Positions 49,736-59,131 of a stretch of 64,000 nt of DNA are shown here, in pieces; within the stretch, counting starts at the first letter, position 1, and every line of letters begins with the position of its first letter. The translations under genes and the position numbers were made by a program. The DNA is from Candidatus Thorarchaeota archaeon (GTDB lineage: Archaea; Asgardarchaeota; Thorarchaeia; Thorarchaeales; Thorarchaeaceae). Under the pieces are notes generated by a model. That model was not told where the DNA came from. It did not search any database and saw only the letters and a program-made list of their open reading frames with translations. The stretch spans positions 1-64,000 of the forward strand of contig DXJO01000027.1 in NCBI GenBank assembly GCA_019057475.1. The letters are read 5' to 3'.

Positions 49736-51594
49736 TACGGAACACCCCCTTGTACCGGCAAGCCCTTGAGAAGGTTCCTAGCACCCGGCAAGCGCTCAAA
49801 GATATGCCTATAGTGCTCGCAAGTTTCGAGTAAATCATCGTGACACCCAGCAGCCACAAGACGACCCTTGTCAACGATGATTACCATATCTGATTCCATT
49901 AGCGTACGAAGCCGTTGTGTTACAGTAATGCTAGTTCTTCCTACCATGACCTCATCCAATGCTTTCCTCATCAAGAACTCAGTCTGAGCGTCGACTGCAC
50001 TCACCGAGTCATCGAGCAACAGAATCTTTGGATCTTGGATTATCGCACGAGCTATTGCCAGACGTTGCCGCTGGCCACCACTTAGCGTCATGCCGCGCTC
50101 TTCCACCATAGAATCATATCCTTCAGGAAGCTCGATTATGAACTCATCAGCTTGAGCCCTCGTGGCTGCCTCAACGACCTCATCTTTGGTTGCATTTTTC
50201 CGCCCGAATGAAATGTTGTTTCGAACGCTCATCCTAAACAGAAAGATGTCTTGCTCAACGGAGCCAACCATATCCCGAACTGTGGTGGTTCTCACATCTC
50301 GAAGGCTCACTCCGCCCACGCAAACCTCGCCTTCAGTGGGATCGTACAATCTCAGCAATAGTTTTAGGATTGTGCTCTTGCCCCCACCGGGCCCACCAAC
50401 AAGAGCAACTCTGGACCCACCAGGAATTCGTATGCTGAAGTCCCTGAGCGCATAATGTTCATTGTGACTATTGTTTGAATTATACTTGAAACTAACATTG
50501 TCGAACACGATCTCCCCTGCCCAATCGACGTCCAGGGCTTCTTCCTCTGGTTCAACCATCGGATCTTCCCAGTTCAAGATGTCGACAATTCTCTGTGAAT
50601 TTACGTGGCCGCCTCGAAGCATCAGCAGCATGCGCGGGAAATGAAAATTGAGAAACTCTAGGGATACTAGAAGTGTGAGCACCTGCATAAAATTGCCAAT
50701 AGTCAAAACACCTGATAGGACTGCAAACCCACCGTAGAAGAATGCGACGGCAGTCACACCAACAAGTATCAGAGCGGGTATGTAAAAGGCCGCTAGACGT
50801 CCCTCTTGGGCTTGGAGTTTCTCATATTCCTTGCTTGCGTGCTGGAATTTCTCCTCTTCTCGGGTTTCTGCGCCAAATGCTCTCACAACCTCTATCCCTT
50901 GAAACACACCTTGTGAGATTGAGGTGAGTCGTTCCATGTCCTCAGATCGTTTTCTGCGCACAGGCTCAACCGCATTAGCATATTTGTAAGCATAAACAAG
51001 ATAGAGTGGCATTCCAATCAATATGATTATCGTGAACATGGGAATGGCGATTCCAGAAACGGTCACAAGACCAAGTAATCCCGGGGTCAAATCGATATTG
51101 GAAAGGAAGATAGCCGTGATTACCAAGGAAGTTAGTCCGCCAATGATGTTGCGCATAGCCGGATTCAGGGACATGCGGACCCACGTGATATCTTGCATTG
51201 CTACTGAGAGTAGTCGCTTGCTATCAACCTCATCATGGAAAGTCATGCTGAACTCCTGAAGAGATTCAAAGAAATCCTGTCTTGCATCTCGTTCCCATCT
51301 GAGAGTAACGATAGCCCATACATAGCCCACGCCGAAGTAGAGGACCATATAGACTGTAGTAAGTCCTACAATGAGCCATACATAGAAGGTAAACTGTGCG
51401 GTGTACCCTGCAACTGTAAGTTCATCAATCGCAAGCCCAATAATCATAGCCGGCAGAACTAGAAGTAATGTCGATATCACCGTGAAGAGAGTTGCCACAG
51501 CTATAGACCCGGGATGCTTGAGTAGACCCCCCATCATGTAACGCGTAGCACTCTTGTGTTTAGTTGTCGATTTGCTGGTCATTGGTTTAGTCAC
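49735..51594 (-). CDS. ABC exporter, fused permease/ATPase (degenerate-site half of a heterodimer)
   Basis: GGPGGGKST, LSGGQRQR, LLDDSVSAVD, VTQR. Confidence 0.93.
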   Translation of the reverse strand: MTKPMTSKSTTKHKSATRYMMGGLLKHPGSIAVATLFTVISTLLLVLPAMIIGLAIDELTVAGYTAQFTFYVWLIVGLTTVYMVLYFGVGYVWAIVTLRWERDARQDFFESLQEFSMTFHDEVDSKRLLSVAMQDITWVRMSLNPAMRNIIGGLTSLVITAIFLSNIDLTPGLLGLVTVSGIAIPMFTIIILIGMPLYLVYAYKYANAVEPVRRKRSEDMERLTSISQGVFQGIEVVRAFGAETREEEKFQHASKEYEKLQAQEGRLAAFYIPALILVGVTAVAFFYGGFAVLSGVLTIGNFMQVLTLLVSLEFLNFHFPRMLLMLRGGHVNSQRIVDILNWEDPMVEPEEEALDVDWAGEIVFDNVSFKYNSNNSHNEHYALRDFSIRIPGGSRVALVGGPGGGKSTILKLLLRLYDPTEGEVCVGGVSLRDVRTTTVRDMVGSVEQDIFLFRMSVRNNISFGRKNATKDEVVEAATRAQADEFIIELPEGYDSMVEERGMTLSGGQRQRLAIARAIIQDPKILLLDDSVSAVDAQTEFLMRKALDEVMVGRTSITVTQRLRTLMESDMVIIVDKGRLVAAGCHDDLLETCEHYRHIFERLPGARNLLKGLPVQGGVP

Positions 51595-52135
51595 TCTTCT
51601 CCAACATCTTCGTTATCTTCGTTAGTTTGTCACGGACCTCTTCGATCTCAGCCAGGAGTGGCTTTTTCTCCTTCTTTGAAAGAAAGGCCTTTATTTCCAG
51701 CAATGAATCCGCACCAAACGTCATATTATGGACTAGGTGCCGCGCCCGATTGGTAGGACTCATGAACGAGAACCATAACATCGAAATCATTCGCATCTTC
51801 AGCTCAGGGGGCATGCGCTTCATGAGCATCTTAACATGCTTTCTGCCAGCCTTAGTCAGACGGTAAGGGGTTCTTCGTCCATGACCCTCAACCTTCTCGA
51901 CTAGACCGCACGCTTCCAGCTCCGCTAGATTGGGATACACAGATCCCGGGCCGGGACTCCAAGCACCTCTTGTTCGGCGTTCGAACTCTTGCTTGATCTC
52001 CGATCCTGTCATCTCATTAGTCTTGAGCAACAGCAGCATGAAATGCCGCAGCATTCCTCTAGGAATTGACTGAGGAGGACGGAATTCTGCAGGGTCGACG
52101 CACCCAGAGTGCTTGTTCGTTCTTGTCACCTTCAA
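51587..52135 (-). CDS. PadR-family transcriptional regulator
   Basis: GMLRHFMLLLL..MTGSEI..WSPGPGSVYPNL..YRLTKAG; heads the ABC operon. Confidence 0.9.
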   Translation of the reverse strand: MKVTRTNKHSGCVDPAEFRPPQSIPRGMLRHFMLLLLKTNEMTGSEIKQEFERRTRGAWSPGPGSVYPNLAELEACGLVEKVEGHGRRTPYRLTKAGRKHVKMLMKRMPPELKMRMISMLWFSFMSPTNRARHLVHNMTFGADSLLEIKAFLSKKEKKPLLAEIEEVRDKLTKITKMLEKSD

Positions 52136-52142
52136 TGGTTAA

Positions 52143-52193
52143 TATCGTATGCAATATCGTAGACGATATACCGAGTTATTATCGTATGCGATA
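52143..52193. promoter_or_regulatory. Three TATCG-N4-CGATA-type palindromes, probable PadR operators
   Basis: TATCGTATGCAATA 52143-52156 (one mismatch), TATCGTAGACGATA 52155-52168, TATCGTATGCGATA 52180-52193. Confidence 0.7.
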
Positions 52194-52268
52194 TAAATGT
52201 AATGGTTTCAACGCTGCAAGGAAGCGACCACCTGATTTGGGAATGTTGATAAGAAAGGCAGTAGGGGA

Positions 52269-54140
52269 ATGGCCGGCGCGGTGGTGAACTGCGAATTGGG
52301 TGAGCAAGCTAAAGTCAAGGAAACGGTTCGACTCTACACAAAGGTCTGGAAGCTGCCGACCTACAGAGGGGTTGTCGGTAGGCTCGTGGTGTATGCGTTG
52401 TTTTTCTCAATTCTGCTCGCGACCATGAGGACTGCATTCTTTCTAGATCCAAACTCAATGCAAATCCTCCTTGGATATCTGCTCCTCATTGGTCTGCCCG
52501 CTTTGTTGGGCACTAAACTGCTCTATGCTATGGTTGGAGGACCTGAATCGCCACTTGATAACCGAAGAACCATAGGCATAGCTCAATACGGCGTGTTACT
52601 ATGGCTCATCATTGCGTTCTTTGGAGGTGTTGCAGATTTCGTTCTTGCGGCAGATTTCTATGAAGGACGCATGTGGTTATTGGGACTGGGCATGTCATAC
52701 ATGCTATTCGCATTCTTGCTAACAGCGATGAGTGACCACCATCCTCTGCGTAACTTTGTCGGGGCACTGATGCCGCTAATTGTTTGGATGATTACAGTCA
52801 TATCTATTGCACCTATAGTCACGGGACTTCCAACGTACCCGTCCGCTTGGCCAATATTCATAGTAGGCATCTTCGTTCTTTGCTCTGCCGTGGTTCACTA
52901 CATATACAGGTCGGTGAGCAAGCCCTTCGAAAGGGACCTTGGAATTAACGGCCCAGCACTCCTCAGGGCATTTGGCCACGACCTCCTCATGGACAACCCA
53001 ACTCCCTTCGAGAAAATCATGGACGAAATTTCATTTGAACAAGACATGCCCCTCGAAGTGATTGTCTTCAGAAACGCTGGCAATCTTCTTGCAGTGGGTG
53101 TTGTACTCTATGTGCATCCAGGACCTTTCAGAAACATCGGCAGTAGCGGTCTGCCATCCGCAGTAATCAAGCACGTAAGAGAAACTCACGGGGTGCAGGG
53201 ATTTGTTCTCCATGGAAGTTGCACTCATCATCAGAATCTAACAACGAAGGAAGACTATGGCAGAATAATGGAAGAGATTGATAGACTCATTGAGACAACC
53301 GAGGTTCACGACACCATTTCCGGACCTCACTGGACAGATGAAGGCAGATTCAAGGTTTGGACGCTCTTCGCGGGAAACGACCTTCTGACAATCACGACAA
53401 GTGCTCCAGATTTCACGGATGACATTGCTCTTGGCGTAGGTATGGACACAGCGAAGATGGTTCGCAAGAGGCTCCCGAAAATCGGAGGCGTTGCGATTGT
53501 TGACGCACACAACTGTATTGATGATAACGCCGTTTCAGTAATGCTTGGGTCAAAAGAAGCTGGAGAGTATGTCGCCGCAGTGTCTAGTGCGGCGTTCACA
53601 ACTATCAACAACCCCAGCTCGAAAGTATCGGTCGGGATTCATCAACTAGTGCCTCCAGATGTATCAAAAGAGGAAGGTATGGGACCTGGGGGGATAACTG
53701 CTCTTGTGATGAAATTCGATGATCGAGAGATGGCCCTGTTGTCAATCGATGGAAATAACATGGAACCCGGCATGCGAGAGGAGATTATCAGCATGATCAA
53801 GGGTTTGGGCATTGACGATGTCGAAGCGGTCACAACGGATACACACGTGGTCAACGCAATTGCGATGTCCAATAGAGGGTATTCTCCCGTTGGCGCCCAG
53901 AAACGTGAAGAGGTTCTCAGCGGCATAGCTGTTGCCATAACGAAAGCTATGGAGAATATGCTCCCTGTCAGTGTTGGTCTTGGTTTTGGAGAGGTCAAGG
54001 CGCTTCGGACGTACGGCGAGAAGGGATTCGATACATTGACACAAAACATAGTAGAGGCATACAATATCGCCAAGAGAACCGGGATAAGTGTAGCACTAGC
54101 AGGGTTCTTGGGATCGCTCCTGCTTGCATTCCTGCTGTGA
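52269..54140 (+). CDS. DUF2070-family archaeal membrane protein
   Basis: N-terminal TM helices; VHPGPFRNIGSS, HGSCTHHQN, VDAHN, IDGNNM, TTDTH motifs. Confidence 0.85.
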   Translation: MAGAVVNCELGEQAKVKETVRLYTKVWKLPTYRGVVGRLVVYALFFSILLATMRTAFFLDPNSMQILLGYLLLIGLPALLGTKLLYAMVGGPESPLDNRRTIGIAQYGVLLWLIIAFFGGVADFVLAADFYEGRMWLLGLGMSYMLFAFLLTAMSDHHPLRNFVGALMPLIVWMITVISIAPIVTGLPTYPSAWPIFIVGIFVLCSAVVHYIYRSVSKPFERDLGINGPALLRAFGHDLLMDNPTPFEKIMDEISFEQDMPLEVIVFRNAGNLLAVGVVLYVHPGPFRNIGSSGLPSAVIKHVRETHGVQGFVLHGSCTHHQNLTTKEDYGRIMEEIDRLIETTEVHDTISGPHWTDEGRFKVWTLFAGNDLLTITTSAPDFTDDIALGVGMDTAKMVRKRLPKIGGVAIVDAHNCIDDNAVSVMLGSKEAGEYVAAVSSAAFTTINNPSSKVSVGIHQLVPPDVSKEEGMGPGGITALVMKFDDREMALLSIDGNNMEPGMREEIISMIKGLGIDDVEAVTTDTHVVNAIAMSNRGYSPVGAQKREEVLSGIAVAITKAMENMLPVSVGLGFGEVKALRTYGEKGFDTLTQNIVEAYNIAKRTGISVALAGFLGSLLLAFLL

Positions 54141-54210
54141 ATGATGACATTCCAGAAAGGACATATGAGAGCTCGTTCATAGTAATAGTTCCCACAGGTA
54201 GGTTACAGCG

Positions 54211-54786
54211 ATGGCAAAGAAACGCATCTTGATCTGCATAACTGGAGCCAGCGGAACTATTTACGGAGTCCGACTGATTAGAGCCTTGAAGAGTTTGGGA
54301 CATGAGGTATGCTTGATTGTGAGTAAGTGGGGGGCCGAAACTCTCAAACATGAGATGGAATTGACTCCCAAGGAATTGGCAAAAGAAGTAGACTACGTCT
54401 TTGATAACGATGACCTCTCTGCGGGACCGGCAAGTGGAAGCTATCATCTTGATGCAATGGCGATAGTGCCCTGTTCTATGAAGACACTTGCAGGTGTTGC
54501 GCAGGGATACGCAGAAACCCTTGTCGTCAGAGCAGCAGACTGCAGCCTCAAGGAGAAAAGGCCGCTCGTTTTGTTGCCCCGAGAAACCCCCCTTAATCTG
54601 ATCCACATCAGAAATATGGCTCAGGTTGTGGAGGCTGGAGCCACAGTGATACCTGCAAGTCCAGCGTTTTGGCACAAGCCAAAGACGATTGAAGATCTTG
54701 TGGATTCTCTGATAGATCGGATTCTCACGCACCTTCACGCAAAGGAGATGACCGAGATTGAATGGTCTTCGGGTTCCTCACGCTAG
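54211..54786 (+). CDS. ubiX: Flavin prenyltransferase UbiX
   Basis: ITGASG, ASGS, PCSMKTL, RAADCSLKEKR, PRETP, PASPAF. Confidence 0.95.
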   Translation: MAKKRILICITGASGTIYGVRLIRALKSLGHEVCLIVSKWGAETLKHEMELTPKELAKEVDYVFDNDDLSAGPASGSYHLDAMAIVPCSMKTLAGVAQGYAETLVVRAADCSLKEKRPLVLLPRETPLNLIHIRNMAQVVEAGATVIPASPAFWHKPKTIEDLVDSLIDRILTHLHAKEMTEIEWSSGSSR

Positions 54787-54808
54787 CCTTAGAGCGTGTT
54801 AATTGAAA

Positions 54809-56665
54809 TTAGTCCCAGTGAAGAGGACTTGCACAATGGGGACAGACTGTGGTTTCGCCGGGCAGACCTCGCTTTGCCAGTGCCCCACGGCAGTGAGAGC
54901 ATTCAATCCTTCTGGGCTGCACCGGCTCGGCCACGGCCTTGCTCCTCAACAGTAGGTCTCTCAGGTTCTCACGCATATCATCCAGTAGACTTGAGAACTT
55001 GGCTTCATCTTCTGAGGCAACAGAGATTCTAGTCTGTTGGTTGTCTTTTGATACTGACCCGATGATGATTACCTCTGCTCCCTCGACAGTGGCCTTGCCG
55101 TAGTATAGGGCTTCTTTCAGCACCTCAAGAAAACCGCGCTCGCCCACAAACCAGACGTCGTGTTGCTCAATTACCTTCTTGACTATGCCAAAGACCTTTT
55201 CGGCATCAGCTTCTGCGTCCAAGGTTACACTGAACTCGCGCTTCGCCTGAAGCTTTTCATCTATGAGACGATCAAGATGGGCCATGTCAGCAGTCGCCAA
55301 GTACGCATCACGAACTGCAGCCTCATTGGCTGTTGGAATCCGCATCTCAGTGTCGCCATGTTCACTGCACGTCAATACTGCCAAAGACTCACCTTCTCGT
55401 TCGTGGGGTTTAATCTCAACGAGGCTGAGCTTATCGTGGCACTTTGGACACTCGTAAAGGCGCCCGTATAGTTTCACCAATAATTCATGGTTCATGCATT
55501 GCACATAGACGCGAGCACTTTCATGCCCGTTCTGGCACTTCACTTGGAGTTCGAATAGTCCATTCTCAATCTTGATGTTGCGGATTGTGAAAGGAGCACT
55601 GCATTTGCCGCATCGGAAGCTCTCCTCTAGAAACTTTTTTCTATCGATGGCTGGCTCTCGTTCCTCGATTTGCTTGTAAACGCCAACCTTGAGCCACTTT
55701 CGCATTGTTCCATGGATGGGACAGACAAGCTCTAGCGTGACATTTTCTCCCTTGACGCTTTTCTCCAGAATGTGTGCCAGAAGGTCGCATTTGTCGCATT
55801 TGAGCACTGCATTGACTATTGCATCTATGGACTGGGTTGTTCGCTCGATTGGTTGCACGATTTCACAAGAGTGACCCTTTGAGCATCTGCACTTCATCTT
55901 GTACCCCTTCTTGTCTGTGTCAATGTTGCGTATAGACAGGGGGCGTCCGCAATCTCTGCATGTGAGAGCATCCTTCACGATGGCATCCTTCTCAGCCTCA
56001 CCAGAAACCTCTCTTAGAAACTCAGCATTCTCAGCAGGTATCTTCTTCTTGCCCTTTCCGTGAACGGGACAGGACATTTCCACATGTGTGTACTTGCCTT
56101 TGACTTCCGCTTTTTCCAATGAACAGCGGAGGCCGCATTCATCGCACAGAAGCACTCTCTGCATGACACCTTTGAGGATGCTTACATCGGAGTTACGAGG
56201 AAGGTATCTCATCTCCTTGTGCCCATTGGGACATTTCGACTTGATTTCGAGAACACCCTTCTTGTCTTCAATTTCATGAACCATGAACTCCTCACTACAT
56301 CGGGGACAAGTGAAGGCGGCTTCGACAGACTTCCCGGTCTTCTCAATGTCAATGAGGGCTGACACCGCTGAATGATGCCCGATTGGGATGGGCCGTTCCT
56401 GAGGTCCGTGTTCTGGACATACAAAGATGAACTTGACCTGGCGCTTTCCCAAGTCAGTACTGAGAAGTCCCATTGTACTGCCGCAGTCCAGACAGATGCA
56501 TAGGCCCTGGTACAAATCCTCCAGCATGCCTTTGGCTTGTTGAAGAGGGATTTTCCTATCTTCTCTGTGACCATTGAGACATTGCACGCGCATCCGTAGA
56601 TTCGATCCACGGATATCGGCGTATTTGACATGAAAGGGTTCATTGCATTTCTTGCACGTGAACAT
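54809..56665 (-). CDS. Uncharacterised protein: 8 alternating C3H zinc fingers, appendage-platform-like domain, C-terminal C4 ribbon
   Basis: Four units of CxxC-x21-CxNGH plus CxxC-x21-CPxHG (minor variants); ends CSHC..CPHC. Confidence 0.85.
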   Translation of the reverse strand: MFTCKKCNEPFHVKYADIRGSNLRMRVQCLNGHREDRKIPLQQAKGMLEDLYQGLCICLDCGSTMGLLSTDLGKRQVKFIFVCPEHGPQERPIPIGHHSAVSALIDIEKTGKSVEAAFTCPRCSEEFMVHEIEDKKGVLEIKSKCPNGHKEMRYLPRNSDVSILKGVMQRVLLCDECGLRCSLEKAEVKGKYTHVEMSCPVHGKGKKKIPAENAEFLREVSGEAEKDAIVKDALTCRDCGRPLSIRNIDTDKKGYKMKCRCSKGHSCEIVQPIERTTQSIDAIVNAVLKCDKCDLLAHILEKSVKGENVTLELVCPIHGTMRKWLKVGVYKQIEEREPAIDRKKFLEESFRCGKCSAPFTIRNIKIENGLFELQVKCQNGHESARVYVQCMNHELLVKLYGRLYECPKCHDKLSLVEIKPHEREGESLAVLTCSEHGDTEMRIPTANEAAVRDAYLATADMAHLDRLIDEKLQAKREFSVTLDAEADAEKVFGIVKKVIEQHDVWFVGERGFLEVLKEALYYGKATVEGAEVIIIGSVSKDNQQTRISVASEDEAKFSSLLDDMRENLRDLLLRSKAVAEPVQPRRIECSHCRGALAKRGLPGETTVCPHCASPLHWD

Positions 56666-56759
56666 AGGATTCCCTCCGCTACAAACGTGCCGCGGCCAAC
56701 TGGGGACTAGCGCTCAGGTCCCTAAAATGCGTTTCCCCAAGAGGAAAACGAACAACCAA

Positions 56760-59036
56760 CTACTGAAGATACAGCGCTATAGTCAATGAATGGGAGCAGT
56801 ACCTGCATCTAATCGGTTTGCGTGTGCCAAGTTCCTCTACCTGCTCTGTTTCCAGTGGAGCGCCACATCGCAAGCAAATCCAGGAGTCCATCGTATCGGC
56901 AAGCTCATCGATTGTTGTTGGCAGCATGGCGATATCCTCACCTAACGCTTCGACCTTCACAACCGAATGCCGACCATTCTCAGGACCAGTAATGAGGAAG
57001 ATAACTGCGACCTTCTTGCCTGTGTACTTCCCCTTCGCAAACCCGCGAATAGTACCTATGAACTGGCCTCCAACAATTGTTTCTTCACTGTCGATGATAT
57101 GAAAGTTCTTGGCCGGGAGTATCTTCTCTGCTTTGGTGAACAGGACTCGGGGGTTCCAATCGAGAGTTTGTTCCTGCTGGGTGATTGTCAAGCTCTTCAG
57201 GATAAGGTCGAATTCCTCTGATGTTTTCTTTGATGGCTTCAACAGGTCACATACAGATCGAATAAGGTACGGTTCGACCTGTACGGTATGAAGCTGGTCG
57301 CGGAAATCGATGAATGACACCGTAGATACAACTTTGCCTTGAACACAGTCCTTGGTGGGGTAGAACGTGAATTGAGGGCTCCTGAAGCCACCCACTTCAA
57401 TACGCGATATCGTTTTCACTGCCTCTCCAGCAAGTTCCATGCTGTCCTTTGGATAAGCGACTATGTTCACCGTTACATTCGTAATGACATAGCCACTATT
57501 GTTCTTCACCTTAACCTTGTAATCGAATTTACCACCCACGATATTGCACCCACGCAGCACTTGCACATCTGCTTGCTGAGCCTCAACCATCTCAACTAGA
57601 GGTTCAAGAATATGCGGCTCTTCATACTCCTCAGCCTCAACAGGCGGCTTGAGCTTGTCCGCCTGTATCTCATCGTAGGCGATTTTCATGGCTTCTGCAT
57701 GATCATGGGGTATCTCTAGGACGTACTTGCCATGCACAGGACATAGCTGCACTACTCGCGACTCTCGCCCTCGTGGTTCAGCGTACACCAGATCCAGAGA
57801 ATCATAACACTCAGGACACTGGTAGAAATGTTTGTAGAGGTTCACCAGTGTTTCCTGCGGCAGACCTGGAACAAAGAATCGCTTTGCTCTATGTCCATTC
57901 CTACATTCAACATCGAACTCGATTAAACCCCTCTTGTCTTCAACGTCCCTGAGAAAGAGCGGCATGTTGCATTTCTCACAGCTAAGACTTCGGACAATTG
58001 AGGGCAGCCTATCAATCATTGGCTCGCGTTCCTTGATGTGATCAAACACATCTGAAGGAACATCTCTTTGCATCACACCATGAATTGGACAGACTACCCT
58101 GAACTCTACTTTCTTCTTACGTCGTTTCACATCATGCCCGTGAGTAAGAAGGCCACACTCGTTGCATGACATCAGGGCTGCAGCAACCCGATCCTTCACG
58201 GGATCACTCCAAGTCAGCGGGATGTTTCTAGTTGTTGTATGACCATCACTTGGACAAATGCATCTGAACTTGTATCCAGACTCGTCACCTTCAATGGCTC
58301 GTATCGAGAGAGGGAATTGGCAATTACTGGAAACAAGCATCGCTCTAACAACGGCGTCCTCAGGTATCTCGCTCGCAGCTTGTTTCATGAGCTTAACTAG
58401 GTCGGCAGGAATTTCCTTCCTATCAGACCCGTGGAGCGGGCATGATATGTGAATTTTGACAGTTTCTCGATTCATCTCAATTCTAGTAATGGTGCTTGGG
58501 AGACCACACCTATCGCAATGAACAACTCGTTGTAGCAGTTGTTTGAGTAATCCTTCTTCAGCATTATCAGGAACGTATCTTGTTGTCTTGTGTCCATTTG
58601 AACACCGCACGAGCATCTCAAGGAAACCCCTTCGGTTCTTAATGCCACTCACTGCATAGACCTGACCACACGAGAGACACTTGAAGGAGTCCAGAATGGA
58701 GCCAGGACTATCCACATCCGCACCTAGAATCTCGACTGTTGACTGAAACTGAGCTGGAAACTCGCGTTCCACTGGGCCATGAATGGGACAGAGAAAAGTG
58801 CTCTCAATCTGAGAATGATGAGGGATGGTGGATAGCTGTGTCATTGAAGACCCGCAGTCGGTGCACAAGAACAATTTCTTGAAAAGGTCTGGAGCCATTT
58901 CTTGAGCTTGGTGCTCGGCCAATCGTCTGACACTTTTATGACCATTCACACACTGAACATCCATCTTCAGGATTTTGTCCTTAATCTCGGCAGCTTGAAT
59001 GTACAGCTGTTGGCTACATTTTCTGCAAGTGAACAT
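56760..59036 (-). CDS. Uncharacterised paralogue: 8 alternating C3H fingers, acidic linker, adaptin/COP appendage-like domain, C4 ribbon
   Basis: Same four-unit repeat; KVKVKNNSGYVITNVTV beta-sandwich; DLLKPSKKTSEEF; ends CLRC..CRYC. Confidence 0.85.
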   Translation of the reverse strand: MFTCRKCSQQLYIQAAEIKDKILKMDVQCVNGHKSVRRLAEHQAQEMAPDLFKKLFLCTDCGSSMTQLSTIPHHSQIESTFLCPIHGPVEREFPAQFQSTVEILGADVDSPGSILDSFKCLSCGQVYAVSGIKNRRGFLEMLVRCSNGHKTTRYVPDNAEEGLLKQLLQRVVHCDRCGLPSTITRIEMNRETVKIHISCPLHGSDRKEIPADLVKLMKQAASEIPEDAVVRAMLVSSNCQFPLSIRAIEGDESGYKFRCICPSDGHTTTRNIPLTWSDPVKDRVAAALMSCNECGLLTHGHDVKRRKKKVEFRVVCPIHGVMQRDVPSDVFDHIKEREPMIDRLPSIVRSLSCEKCNMPLFLRDVEDKRGLIEFDVECRNGHRAKRFFVPGLPQETLVNLYKHFYQCPECYDSLDLVYAEPRGRESRVVQLCPVHGKYVLEIPHDHAEAMKIAYDEIQADKLKPPVEAEEYEEPHILEPLVEMVEAQQADVQVLRGCNIVGGKFDYKVKVKNNSGYVITNVTVNIVAYPKDSMELAGEAVKTISRIEVGGFRSPQFTFYPTKDCVQGKVVSTVSFIDFRDQLHTVQVEPYLIRSVCDLLKPSKKTSEEFDLILKSLTITQQEQTLDWNPRVLFTKAEKILPAKNFHIIDSEETIVGGQFIGTIRGFAKGKYTGKKVAVIFLITGPENGRHSVVKVEALGEDIAMLPTTIDELADTMDSWICLRCGAPLETEQVEELGTRKPIRCRYCSHSLTIALYLQ

Positions 59037-59131
59037 GTCAACTCACCATGGCAAAGCTCAGCAGGAATGAGTGTAACAGGATTGCTCTTAAGACAATTGA
59101 TGATATGCCTTCAGCGGAAAAGGCGTTTGGA

